Shown piece by piece: positions 1 through 12,407 of a stretch of DNA of 64,000 nt (the first letter of the stretch is position 1; every line of letters starts with the position of its first letter). The stretch is from Octopus sinensis. Its lineage: Eukaryota. The notes below the pieces were generated by a model. The model worked only from the letters and a program-made list of their open reading frames with translations. It did no database searches and was not told the DNA's origin. The position numbers were made by a program, and so were the translations under genes. The stretch lies in assembly GCF_006345805.1 (NCBI RefSeq), contig NC_043005.1:43152001-43216000 (forward strand), read 5' to 3'.

Positions 1-1074
1 ACTTTGTTGACCTATTTAGTATTGCACACTTGCTATTATTCTTAGAAAGACAAAAGAGAGAGGTGGAGTACTGCCTTTGCTCTGCCTAACCCTGCCTAAA
101 CTATGCAACTTTAGAGTAACAGCAAGACTTGGCAGAAAGCATTGGACTTTAGTTTGTAAGGGTAAGTCAGGATCGCATGTGGGGCTCTTTGAACCACCCT
201 GTATTGTTGCTCTACAATACCAGTGAGACTTTCTTTACATTGTCACCTAACTTAATAATCCTTACTTTTCATCTCTGTGGAATGGTTAAAATTCATTTAT
301 AGATTTGGAGCCCTTTACTCTCTCTCTCTCTCTCTCTCCCCGTTTCATTATACAAGTGATCAAACCTTACCAACTTTACCTTTCATCTTTAGCAGCATTC
401 TGCCTGGCTTTATGTTTTTATATATTATTGTGGTGCACCTGAGCAATGTATACAATAATTTCATTATTATTATTTAATATATATATATATATATACAGAG
501 AGGGAGACAGAGAGAAAGATTCAACACATCGCATACATATTTCAGGTTACCAAAGAAAAAAAAGAGTACTCTATGTATGAAGAGTTTACTTATTTGCAAC
601 CAGCTGACAGCTCACTCCATCACTTCTCAGTTTCTTACCTGTGATCATTTAAGCAACAAATAATGAATGAAGCGGCTTGATTTTATGTGTGTGTGTGTGT
701 GTGTGTGTATATGCGTGTGTTCTTTGTGTGTACCTTTGTCTTAACAATCACTGTTGGTAATAAACATCGCCACCTGCCTCAGCAGTTTCTGTCTCACCCA
801 TGCAAGCACGGAACAGTGTATGACAAATGATGATGGTGAAGATGATATACTTGGGTATCTCTGTGTGTTTGTCTTGATGCAATGTGTTGATTGTAAACAC
901 TCCCTATTCATACAAAACAATGTCATTTGTTGGGCCATGTTCTGTGAATGAAAACACATCTGGCCATTAATCTGTTTGTATTCAAAAGACTGGGCTAGAA
1001 ATATTACTTTGCTTAGTTGGTGATAGGAAGTGCATCAGACCAAAGGAAACTTCCCTCAACAAATTTAGTCTCAC

Positions 1075-1180
1075 ATGTACACGCACCAAAAAGTAACCCT
1101 TAAAGGGATGATACTGATATACATGTATGCATGCATCTATCCATCCATACATACATATATAAATACATACATATGTGTAC

Positions 1181-1218
<38 letters not shown>

Positions 1219-1297
1219 CTTCTTATCTATCTATCTATCTCTATATATATACATATATCTATCTATCTATATATATATATATTATATATATATATAT

Positions 1298-1336
<39 letters not shown>

Positions 1337-1445
1337 TGTATGCATGTATATATATATATTTATGCATGCATAAACGTGTGTGTGTATGCATGTATACATA
1401 TATATATATATATGTATGTATATATATATATAATATATATATATA
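1075..1445. repeat. Compound microsatellite (CATA/TA/TATC/TAGA)
   Basis: Directly visible runs of (TA)n, (TATC)n and (GATA)n; source of the spurious IYIY ORFs. Confidence 0.95.
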
Positions 1446-1757
1446 TATTGTATAAATCATGTGTAAGGCCAAAGCAATGTGAAGTAAATGATGGAATGTA
1501 AATCAGCAGAGAACAAATATGTGAATTAACATAGACTTACCTTACATTTTGGGGTTATGAACCCATTTTCAAGAAATTGACGAATGCTGCCAACAACATC
1601 ACCAACGTTCGTCAATTTCTTGAAAATGGGTTCATAACCCCAAAATATTGAATACAATGTAAATCTAAATTAATTCACGTATTTGTTTTCTTGTGAATTA
1701 CCTTGCATTTACTTCGCATTGTTTTGGTCTTACCCACAATCTTTTATACAATATATT
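1443..1757. mobile_element. Fold-back (palindromic) element in a TA tract, possibly an inverted pair of Penelope-like terminal repeat fragments
   Basis: 1546-1584 is the exact reverse complement of 1608-1646 (39 bp, 23-nt loop); outer ~100-bp arms align as a diverged inverted repeat. The Penelope assignment is inference from a hammerhead-like core. Confidence 0.55.
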
Positions 1758-1939
1758 CTACACAATGCCTCATTGTAATTATTCCACTATATATATATAC
1801 ACATATATATAAATAAAATATTTATATGTATATGTGCATGTATAAATAGATATATATATATATGTGTATATATATACTTATTGCATTAGAAAGGTAACTG
1901 CTTTCTAGTTTTACTGTTTTTATTTATCAGTCTGTTACA

Positions 1940-2330
1940 TTGGTCCTACAAATTTGACCCTTTCATGCTAGTTTGCCGTCATGCATTCTCAAAAGGCATT
2001 TGAGGTGAGCTGCATCACGACATAAAGCGAAACTTGATTGGAATGCATGAGAACAGTGCACGTCCATTTTGTGTTGAATCACCCCATGATACTGGATTAT
2101 TACTGTTAGAAGAGGTATAAATTGTGCACCACCAGATTAACATCAACACATCGCAATGTTTGCTGATCATGGAGATTAATCACTGATTGCTGAAAAACAA
2201 TGGATGTTGTTTCAAAAATTTGAATCTTGCATTGAACTCACACACCTATTACAAAATGGTTACATTGTCACACTGCAATACCAACCACATCAACCAGAAG
2301 ATAAGACCATTAAGGTTTAGTAATGCCCAT
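1940..2330 (-). pseudogene. Possible highly decayed Merlin/IS1595 (ISXO2-like) transposase fragment
   Basis: Minus-strand translation VLMHSNQVSLYVVMQLTSNAF*ECMTAN*HERVKFVG resembles the ISXO2 motif IHSDxWxxYxxL...HxTVNH...FVDP; multiple stops; eyeball match only. Confidence 0.25.
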
Positions 2331-2777
2331 GGACACAAGAACTTTCATGTCCCATATAAACTGTAAAAATACTCGAGTAATTCTGGAAAAATTTTAATAA
2401 AAAAATTCAAACCAGAATACAGTTTTGTTTCCATTGTATCATGTTTAAAAAAAAAGCTGTTCTTCATTTATACAAATATACATGAAACAGTTGGTAAAAT
2501 TATTCACTGTGTTCTGTGTATATTGGTATGTCACTCTATTGTTAATCTGTTCCCGTTGCACTCAGATATATTCAAAAGTAGCAGAACCATTTGCTTATTA
2601 TTAACATTCTTAATTACATTTCATTTTGTCTTTTGTAACTTTTTTGTTTTTAATGAAATATTTTCCTTGTCAGCTTTCATATTAGAAATGTTTACTTTGT
2701 ATAGACTAATGAAATTATGCAATCCATGTCTACATTTTGAAGTATTTGGACATTTATGCAAAAACTTCATTGTTCTA

Positions 2778-3335
2778 GGCATAGGTATGACTGTGTGGTA
2801 GAAAGTTTGCTTCCCAACCACATGGTTCTGGATTCAGTCCCACTGTGTGGCACCTTGGATTGGTACTATAGCGCCAGGTTGTCCATATCCATGTGCATGG
2901 ATTTGGTTAATAGAAACCGAAACAGCCTGTTTGTGTGTGTGTGTGTGTGTTTGCCCTCTCCCTCCACCACTTGCTAACTGGTGTTTATTTATGTCCCCTT
3001 AACTTAGCAGTTTGGCATAAGAAACTGATAGAATAACTACTTAAAAAAGTCAAGCACTTATGTCAGTTCATTTCAGTAAAACCCTTAACCCTTTTGTTAC
3101 CATATTTATTTTGAGATGCTCTGTGTTTCTTTCAATTATTTTAAATAGAACAAAGAATTTAGTAAAATAACTTAGTCATCATTAAGCTAGCATTGGGAAC
3201 ATAAATTGGGACTAATATTTGGTCGATGATTTTAATTCAAAACTTATGAAAACAAGACATTTGTACTACAGAGCCACAGCCAGGTTGGTAATGAAAGGGT
3301 TAAAGGCAGTGCCCCAGCATGACCGCAGTCCAGAT
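2778..3335 (+). mobile_element. tRNA-derived SINE, family A (interrupted by a MITE)
   Basis: Head GTGTGGTAGAAAGTTTGCTTCCCAACCACATGG...TTCAGTCCCACTG, internal (TG)n and 3' part CCCAGCATGACCGCAG match the other family A copies such as 62411-62808. Confidence 0.85.
3085..3303. mobile_element. TTAA-flanked MITE (piggyBac-type termini), family 2
   Basis: TTAA|CCCTTT...AAAGGG|TTAA ends; reverse-orientation copy at 53470-53697. Confidence 0.85.
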
Positions 3336-3809
3336 AGAGATTTCTGTGAATTATTAAAGTGAGTGTGTTTCAGCTAATTGATCTCAAAAAGGAAAGTGGT
3401 TTGAAGATCATTCTTGTAATAGTTGTTGCTTAACAAATCAGTCCCAGTGCCTTCATTATGGTTTTGACAGAAGTCCGTTTCCAGCTTCTCTGTTGCTTAA
3501 CTGAAATATTAAGGCTCAAGAATTTCACAGAAATGAAAAATCTTTGAATGCATAAATGGTTGGGACATTGATTATGAAGAATATCCAACATAAACACAGG
3601 CTTGGGAAAAGGGGATGCAGAGGGCACATCCACTAGTATTTTATTTTTATGGGGACAGGGCAGTGAAAATTCTTTGAATATCCTCCTATAAAACTTTGTT
3701 GCCAAACAAGCAGAGAAATATGTTTGGACTGATTTGAAACATTACTTTTCCATTATTGGATTTATCTAATCTGATTGATGTAAAAGTATAATAATGGTAA
3801 TTCATTTTA

Positions 3810-4030
3810 AGGTGGCATGCTGGCAGAATCATTACCATGCGAGGCAAAATGCTTAACTGTATTTTGTCCATCTTCATGTTGCGAGTTCAAATTCTGCCGA
3901 GGTTGATTTTGCTTTTCGTCCTTTTTGGGGCCAACAAAATCAGTATCGGTTGAGCATTGGGGCTGATATAACCAACTTATCCCCTTCTCCAAAATTGCTG
4001 ACTTTTTGCCAAAATTAGAAGCCATTATTA
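3810..4030 (+). mobile_element. tRNA-derived SINE, family C
   Basis: GGTGGCATGCTGGCAGAATC head, GAGTTCAAATTC B-box-like motif, GCTTTTCGTCCTTT core; matches 51324-51560. Confidence 0.8.
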
Positions 4031-4659
4031 TTTGTTTTGATATTAAGATTGAAAAAAAATCAACCTTGTTTATAAAACATTTTGAACCTGATTGTGCACC
4101 GGTGGCTTTATGCAAATATATCATTTGAAATTATCTCCAGATAATAAATATACAATATATATAAAACAATCGGGTTTGGTGTGTGATTGAGTTGGTTATT
4201 CTTTCTCATTTCCCTGAATTAAAATGTTACAGGTGACACATGTCCTTTTGCTATTTTAAGATCAATAAAGGAAGTAGCTTTCTTGCACTGGGATTTATTC
4301 ACGTACTATCAATAACTGAATTTATCTTTAACAAAATTATATATACATATGTATGTATGTATATATTCTTACCTACTGTGGTAGTCCAAGAATTAGATAA
4401 ATATTTGAAGGAAGACTAAGTTGAATCTTTTCTTCTGTCCATTTGCTGTGATGGCTCTTTGAATAACTTTTAAGTAAAGTGCTTGTTATACAGGTCCCTA
4501 AGCTTCAAATTTCTCTGCAGTTATTCATTCTATATCAATATTCTAAATGTTGAACTTAGACTGAAACAGGACCTGTGAGACCCATTTATGGATAGAAAAT
4601 AAATAAATAATTTATCAAGACAAAGTTTCCTTTCACTTCACATATATTTTAGTCTAAAT

Positions 4660-5099
4660 CAGTGATACTCAACCATTTTTTTTTTTTTTACTTATGGACC
4701 CCTTTGATTCCTATTTTACTCTGGTGGACCCTCATAGCCATTCGATATCTATAAAATCTTATTATATTTTTATGATAAAATATTATTAGGAATTGCATAA
4801 AAAAAAATTGTTAAAATTTTGACAACGGATGTTGGTGTGTTTACATCCCTGTAACTTGGCAGTTCAGCAAAAGAGACAGACAGAATAAGTACTAGGCTTA
4901 CAAAGAATAAGTCCTGAGGGCGATTTGCTCGACTAAAGGCGTTGCTCCAGCATGGCCACAGTCAAATGACTGAAACAAGTAAAAGAGTAAAATATTTTGT
5001 ATGTTGTAGAAGTATAACCTATTTATTGCTGATGAATTTTAACAACAAAATCTTATATGGACCCCCAAGGGCCATATGAACCTCAGTTGAGAACTACTA
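4660..5099 (+). mobile_element. hAT (Charlie/Buster-like) MITE carrying a SINE A 3' fragment (about 4824-4990)
   Basis: CAGTGATACTCAACC...GTTGAGAACTACTA termini; 8-bp TSD GTCTAAAT/GCCTAAAT (7/8 identical); internal GGACCCC motifs. Confidence 0.8.
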
Positions 5100-6876
5100 G
5101 CCTAAATAGACATGTCTATAATTTTATGTCAATTTGCAGTTAAATGAATGATTTAAATGCAAGGGGAAATCAAATAATGATGTTATTTCTTCAGTTCTCA
5201 TTATTAATTTTGCTGTACATCTTTAATAATATGGACCCTGTTTGAACATGTTTTGTCTTTCATCCCTTCCTATTTCTACAAGTAATTAGTGTTCTACATA
5301 ATATTTAGATATTTGTGTCATGTTCACAAAGTTTTTTTTTTTGTTTGTTTTTTTTGCTGGTGTGTTTCTATAAAGCATTTTTATTTTTAAATGCATTCTG
5401 TGCAGACCTGTTATTTTGGGAAGGGAGATAATAAATATTGTTTAATAAAAGTTGTTGATACTAATGTTCTCTTACCTGTACAGTTTTGTATTTCCCTGGG
5501 GTATTTGTTGTGTTTGTGTAAATATTTTGTAGACTTTGTCACACACTTAGCTTTCTTTAAGGGTTTTAGAGCTTTTTTTTTTTTTTGTGTAGGATTCTGT
5601 CATCTTCTGAAGGTTTTTAGCAGATACTGAGAAATATTTTTGTGTGTTTGTAATTTATTGTTCAACTGGCATTTTAGCTGTGACTAAACAGTGTTAATAT
5701 ATTAGTATTAGTATATCCTGTATATTTATCCTTTTTAATTTGGTAGCGTAGTATTTGAGAAAGATTTACAAGCAATTTCTTGTAGGTTGAGTGACTCCAT
5801 ACAGGCTTTGTAGATGTGCAACAACAGACTTAAAGCAACACCTACTAAATACACTGCCTCTTTATTTAGCTGACTGCATGCTTGATATAAAATTTGCTCA
5901 GGCAAAGGTGGCCTGGGGCTACACAACAACAACAATGAATTAGTGTAAGAAAGTTTTAAGAAGTCATTTACCTACACCCTCTACACCTACACAGCCTGAC
6001 AAACAAACCCACTATGTTTGACTACATCCAAGACAACTAACATTTAGTCTCGTGCTGCTTACCCAATTCCCTAGAAATAGCAATTGGCTCTTAGAAGCTT
6101 TTTAATAGTGTGAGCAATTATTTTTCTCCACATAACCACTGCCACATCCATAATCACTCTACTAAAAGCACACACTGTCTCTTTCTGCGAGAAAAATGAA
6201 TAAATGAACAGGGCGGTTTAGTTTGGACAATTATGCAAGTAGCTATTTTTAGATTTTTCATGAATATTAAGATGAACTAATTAATTAAGCTAGGTATTGT
6301 TTCCCCAACTCACTGCTTCTATTCAACATCAAAATAGAGAATCTAAAAACTGTATTGTTTTGTTTTTCCTTCAACTTGTTCAATATAATTCATAGAAAAA
6401 CAGATAAACAACCATTTTAAGATGTCTGCTAAGATGCTGTTGTCTTCAGATTAATTTTAGAAAATGATGTATTTTACCACTGGCACAAACTATGCAGTTT
6501 GCTCAGTTTGCAGATATTCGCATAAAAAAAATGCCTTATCAGTCTGCAATGCTGCTATTTCTAATGGTTCAATGAGGGTTATGATAAACAAAACCTTGAT
6601 TATACCTAAAGCTCTCAAACGGACACTTTCTGTTGCCGATGTAAACTCTTAGGTTTGTTTCACTATCTAAATAAAATCATTCTTTCATATTTTTGATTAC
6701 AGTAAATTATTTTGTTTCTAGTATTTCAAAGTTTGCTTCTAGAATTCCAAGAGATAACATTTAGATTATATAATGTTCATTTTTGTTGGTGTTGAGGTTT
6801 CTATGCATATTTATGCCGAACAGTCATTCTTATTAAATAAGACTTTTTTTTATGAATCTAAATTCAGACTTTATTC

Positions 6877-6922
<46 letters not shown>

Positions 6923-7049
6923 TCTCAATGTGTGATAAATGAAAATTGAATCTTAAAGTATTGGTGAGCTTCAACTGTTATTACATAAATACTTGTTCTT
7001 TTTTTTTATGGGAAAAAGAGGTAGCTTAGTTTTTATATGATGGCTTGGT

Positions 7050-7505
7050 ACAGGCGTGGCGGTGTGGTTAAGAAGTTTGCTTCCCAACCATGTGGTCTTG
7101 GGTTCTGTTCAATCCCACTACCCTAGGCAAGTGTCTTCTATTATAGCCCTGGGCTGACCAAAGCCTTGTGAGTAGATTGGCTTGACAGAAACTGAAAGAA
7201 GCCCATTGTATGTAGGGGGATGTGTGGAGTGTATGGTGTGGTGTGTGTGTGTGTATTTGTGTGTATTCTTGTTTGGCTTTCACGTGGTGGACATAAATGA
7301 GCATCACTGTCACGCAAGCAATTTGTTTCTAATCTTTCATTGGAAAATATGTCTGAGTATGAGAAAATATTACCTTACTTGGAAACAAGTAAGGATTAGT
7401 AAAAGGAAGAGCATCCAGCTATAGAAAATTTGCCTCAACAAATTTCATCTGACCCATGACCAAACATGGAAAAGTGGACATTAAATAATGATAATGATGA
7501 AGTTG
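7050..7505 (+). mobile_element. SINE family B (family A head with an RTE-type tail)
   Basis: Same 5' ~170 bp as family A, then a different body ending GACCCATGACCAAACATGGAAAAGTGGACATTAAATAATGATAATGATG. Confidence 0.75.
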
Positions 7506-7869
7506 TTTGGACTCGTAACTAACAACAATAAACCCAGAGAAACAACTGTCATGTTTTTTCCTCAACAGTTTTGCTACAGTGTTTTGTGTAATCTATCCTC
7601 TGAGAATTCCATTGTGCCAGATGGTCAGGTGCACATTTTCAGTAGCTTAGTGAAAGGAAATGTTAAAGAAGATTATGATGATGATCGTTTTTTTTTAAGT
7701 ATCATCAGCCACTTTACCATGCTTGCATGGGCTACATTGATGCAAATTTTCTATGAACAGATGCCCTTCCTGTCACTGACCCTGTCTGTTTCCAAATGAA
7801 GTAATATTTCTCCTCCCACCCCCATGGTCTGGCATGGAAGATTAAAAACGAATGTCACTGCTTGTGTGG

Positions 7870-8100
7870 TGCTGAGATTCATTCACAACTACTGCACTAT
7901 GTCGAGACCAGGGGACACACACACACACACGTATATAGATTCTTTCTGTTTCTGCCTACTTCATCCACTCACAAAACTTTGGTTGATTTGAGGGTTGTAG
8001 TAGAAAAAATTGGCCCAGTTTGCCTCACAGTGGAATTGAACCTGAAGCCATGTAGTTGGGAAGCGGACTTCTTAACCACACAGTCATGCCTGTATCTATA
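7870..8100 (-). mobile_element. SINE family A, 5' half
   Basis: Reverse complement of the head (ACCACACAGTCATGCC; GAACCTGAAGCCATGTAGTTGGGAAGC). Confidence 0.7.
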
Positions 8101-8498
8101 TCCTATCTAGAGATTCTGTGTATTGCTTATTCAGAACATGAACTTCCTGTTCACTTGTTCAATGCCAGCACTGTATATACTTAATCACTTTTGTCTTTAT
8201 ATATGAAACGTAGCATCTTATACATAGTATATACTAAGATTATTTTATCCTGGGTCTGTTTTTCAACCATTATACAGTAAATATTTAATGCTGATGGGTG
8301 GATTGTAGTTTAAACTATATGCTTTAGTATTAACAGGCATTTGCTTCAGTTTCCGCTCATGACAAACTCTGTGAGAAGCTTTACAAGATAGGAAGGAGAT
8401 TGTTAAAGATAGTACGATGAGTAGTTACCCAAGCTTGCTCAGTGCTTGGTAGTTTCTTCACAGCTAAGTATTTCAGTAACAATATCAAGGAAATATAC

Positions 8499-8718
8499 AA
8501 GGCAGTGAGTTAGCAGAATTGTTACCGCTCCGTAAAAAGATACTTAGTGTCATTTCTTCTGTTATTTTATGTTCTGAGTTTAGATGTTACCGGGGTCAAC
8601 TTTGCTTTTCATCCTTTCGGATGAATGCAGGGATTGATGTAATCAATTTACCCTCTGCCCTGAAATTACTGATCTTGGGTCAAAATTTGCAATCAGTATT
8701 AAGGAAATACAATGCTTG
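8499..8718 (+). mobile_element. SINE family C
   Basis: GGCAGTGAGTTAGCAGAATT head; GTCAACTTTGCTTTTCATCCTTTCGG core. Confidence 0.75.
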
Positions 8719-8729
8719 AAAAAAAATAA

Positions 8730-9113
8730 TGTGGTAAGAAGCTTGCTTCCCAACCACATGGTTCCAGGTTCAGTCCGACTGTGTGGTACCTTGGGCTAGT
8801 GTCTTCTACTATAGCCTTGGGCTGACCAAAGCTTTGTGAATGGATTTGATAGATGGAAACTGAAAGAAGCCCATTGTATATATATCTGTGTGTGTGTCTT
8901 TGTGTCTGTGTGTCTCCCCATCACTGCTTGACAACTGGTATCAGTGTGTTTACATTCACTTAACTTAGTGGTTCAGCAAAAAGAGCCTGATAGAATAAAT
9001 ACCAGGCTTTAAGAAATAAGTCTTGGGGTCAGTTTGTTCGACTAAAACCCTTCAAGGCAGTGCTCCAGCATGGCTGCAGTCAAATGACTGAAACAGTTAA
9101 ATGAATAAAAGAT
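8730..9113 (+). mobile_element. SINE family A
   Basis: Near full-length match to the 62411-62808 copy. Confidence 0.85.
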
Positions 9114-9164
9114 CAATTAAAAGTTAATAACATTTTTGTTTTTATTCCTATTCTTGTTTTTTAA

Positions 9165-9540
9165 GCACTGGCACAAGGCCTGAAATTTGGGAGAATGGTT
9201 TGGTCAATACCATTGACCATCCTTCTCTCCTACTACTCTATTTTATCATCTCTAAAAGGATGAAAGATAGTGTTGACCAGGGTAGGATTTGAACTCAAAA
9301 CATGAAAAGTTGGAAGAAATTCTGTGGCTTATTTCATACACCACCACCATTTTTTAGACATATAATCCTTCCTGCTATAGGCATAAAGTCTGCAATTTTG
9401 GTGATTACATTGACCCCAAAAAGGATACAAAAAAGGTAAAATTGACATTGGCGGTATTTGAACTCAGAATGTAGACAGACAACATACTGCTAAGCATTTT
9501 GCCCAGCATGCTAATGTTTCTGCCAGCTTGCCACCTTTTT
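9165..9540 (-). mobile_element. Two adjacent SINE family C fragments
   Basis: Two reverse-complement copies of the GATGAAAG...GGATTTGAACTCA motif (about 9260-9300 and 9420-9535). Confidence 0.7.
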
Positions 9541-10767
9541 TCTAGACATTTAATATTAAGCCGAAGTATTAGTAACACAAATAAAAAATTATAATAAGCA
9601 ACAGGAAGACCAAAGTAATATGTAGTTAGGTTATTTTCCAGCTTAACCTAGTTTATAAAAAAAAAATCAAAATATGCTAGAATATTGTTTTTCACTTTTA
9701 TTGAGAAGACATAATCACCCCTATGTTGGTGAAGAAAAAACACAAAAAGAAAGCAACTTGTTTTATCCATCGATTTTTATCATCTATTCTGTTTTGGAAA
9801 GAAAAATGAAGCAAATAATTATCACTACATTACTATTTTACAATCATATACCAATTAGAAAATTCTTGAAATATAAAGAATGTTTTTATAAAAACACTAA
9901 TTTTTATATTTAGTTTTAGAAAATCTGTATTTAATGAGGCTTGAACATGTGAAGGGTTGAAACCTATTACTGATATCAACGCGGGGCCAATAAATAAATG
10001 GAAGAATGGGGGAAAAAAAAAGCAACAAAAAATATATATATATATATAAGAGCAGAATTACAATTAATCAAGTGCTTAGTATTGATTCTTGATGCTATAC
10101 ACATTCTCAGCACAAGGTAACTAGACTAGTAAACGCACCTGAAGACTGGATCAATAATTTAGCTTTCAGCCTATTATTCTTACCAATCCTCACTAGATGG
10201 AATATGGCACCTGAAGATGCTTACAAAACATATCTATTGAAATGCCATGTAAACTCAACTGTCAGTTCATTCCATAGTCTCATATACAGATATAGGGGTT
10301 CACCTGAATGTTGTTCAAATATATGTCATGTTTTCAATTAATCTAACCTTTTTTTTTTTTTTTTACTTTATTATTTCATTTTTATTTGAAATACTTCAGT
10401 TTTGTTGATTCACTCGGCAGTTTATTAATATGTTGTTTTTAATTGTCACAGAAGATTAATTTAAATTATTATTTAATGAATGTTTATAGAGCTGGTACAC
10501 TATTTATCATGTACTGACTTATTACTTTCATGCAGCTGGATATGTTTTCTTGTGGAAGGAGCCTTCAGGCTGGTTATTTTAGTTCTCTATTTACTGCTCT
10601 GGCACGAAGTTGGAATTATTTTTGCTGCTTCGACATAGCAATGAATGGGGTTGTTTGAGATATTTCACTCAAGTATAAGATTAAGTAACTGTTAGAGTAA
10701 ATCTGCCCAAGAGTTTACCAAGACTGATCAATTACTATGTCTGTTTAAAACATGTATTATTTCTTCT

Positions 10768-11400
10768 CAGCAGAATCATTAGCATGCCAGGCAAAACATT
10801 TAGCATCATTTTGTCCATCTTTATCTTCCAAGTTCAAATTCTGCTGAGGTCAACTTTGCTTTTCATCCTTTCGGGTTTGATAAAATGTGTACCAATTGGA
10901 AAGTGGAGTCAATGTTATCAACTTACCCCACCCCCAAAATTTCTGGCTTTGTGTCAAAAATTTGAAACCATTATTTTCAACGCAATAAGCTAGCAGAATC
11001 ATTACCATGTCAGGCAAATTGTTTAGCAGCATTTTGTCCAACTTTATGTTCTGAGTTCAGATTCTGCCAAGATCAACTTTGCCTTTCGCTCTTTCGGGTT
11101 CAATGAAATAAATAGCAGTTGAGTACTGGGGTTGATGTAATTGACTTACCCCGCTCCCTTGAAATTGCTGGCCTTGTGCCAAAATTTGAAATCTGACCGA
11201 ATCGTTAGCATATTGGGTAAAATGTTTAGCAGCACTTTGTCCATTATTATGTTCTGAATTCAAATTCCTCCAAGATCGACTTTGTCTTTCATCCTTTCGG
11301 GTTCAAAGAAATAAATACCAGTTGAACATTGGGGGCAATGTAATCGACTTACTCCATCCTCACAAACATCAGGCCTTGTGCCTAAAGTAAAAAGGATTAT
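10768..11400 (+). mobile_element. Head-to-tail array of three SINE family C copies
   Basis: GAATCATTAGCA-like heads at about 10770, 10995 and 11200, each followed by core and GGCCTTGTGCC tail. Confidence 0.85.
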
Positions 11401-11425
11401 TACTTTTCAGTTTCTGTAACGATGT

Positions 11426-11780
11426 AGGCAGAGGAATGGCTGTGTGATAAGAAGTTTGCTTACCAACCACATGGTCCCGGGTTCAGTCCCACTGCATGGC
11501 ATCTTGGGGAAGTGTCTTCTACTATAGCCTCAGGCCAACCAAAACCTTGCGAGTGGATTTTGTAGACAGAAACTGACAGAAGCCCGTCGTATATATATAT
11601 ATGTGTGTGTTTGTCCCCCCAACATTTCTTGACAACCGATGCCAATGTGTTTACGTCCCCGCAAACCTATAGAATAAGTACTAGGCTTACAAAGAATAAG
11701 TTCTGCGATTGATTTGCTCTAAAGGCAGTGCTCCAGCATGGCTGCAGTCAAATGAGAAACAAATAAACAAACAAAAGAAT
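11426..11780 (+). mobile_element. SINE family A
   Basis: Head, internal (TA/TG)n and tail match the other copies; short internal deletion. Confidence 0.85.
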
Positions 11781-11964
11781 GTAGACCATAAGAAAGGTTT
11801 TCCACCAGTTGCAGCTGAAGTAGTTATCTTGTTGTGTTACTGTGATTATAGTTTCTTATTCTTTCAGCTGCCTTGCATCAACAAACAAATAGTGTTTAGT
11901 ATGCACAGCACCTGCAATCAGTATTAACTCTTGATTTAGTATTCAGGAACTTTAACCTTTGGTT

Positions 11965-12195
11965 TCTCTTATCTTCTTTTATCTTTTACTTGTTCCAGTC
12001 ATTAGACTGTGGTCATGCTGGGTGGTGGGGTGCTGCTTTGATGAATTTTTTTTTTTAGTCAAATGAATTGATTATTTTTTAAGCCTGCTACTTATTCTGT
12101 CAGTGTCTTTTGCTGAACTGTTGAGTTATGGGGAGGTAAACAAAGCCACCACCAGTTGTCAAGCAGTGGTGGCAGACAAACAGACGAAGACACAT

Positions 12196-12241
<46 letters not shown>

Positions 12242-12407
12242 ACACACATGACAGGCTTCTGTCAGTTTTCATCTATCGAATTCAGTTACAAGGCTTTGGT
12301 CAGCTTGAGGCTACAGTGGAAGACACTTACCTGAGATTCCACACAGTGGGACTGAACCCGGAGCCATATGGTTGAGAAGCAAGCTTCTTACCACACAGCC
12401 ACTCCTG
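11965..12407 (-). mobile_element. SINE family A
   Basis: Reverse-complement full-length copy with (CA)n core. Confidence 0.85.

Noticed and set aside
46-161. Plus-strand exon candidate (TTAG|AAAG...AAGG|GTAAGT), open in one frame
   Set aside because: The peptide is unrecognisable, and the donor region resembles a decayed copy of the dispersed TTTGGCTGCTATTTCTAGCAGG repeat
741-1000. Unique segment with several AACAAT, TAAACA and E-box motifs
   Set aside because: Short motifs are expected by chance in AT-rich DNA and there is no higher-order pattern
6243-6252. Isolated MEF2 consensus sites (also at 20019)
   Set aside because: Roughly four are expected by chance per window at this composition
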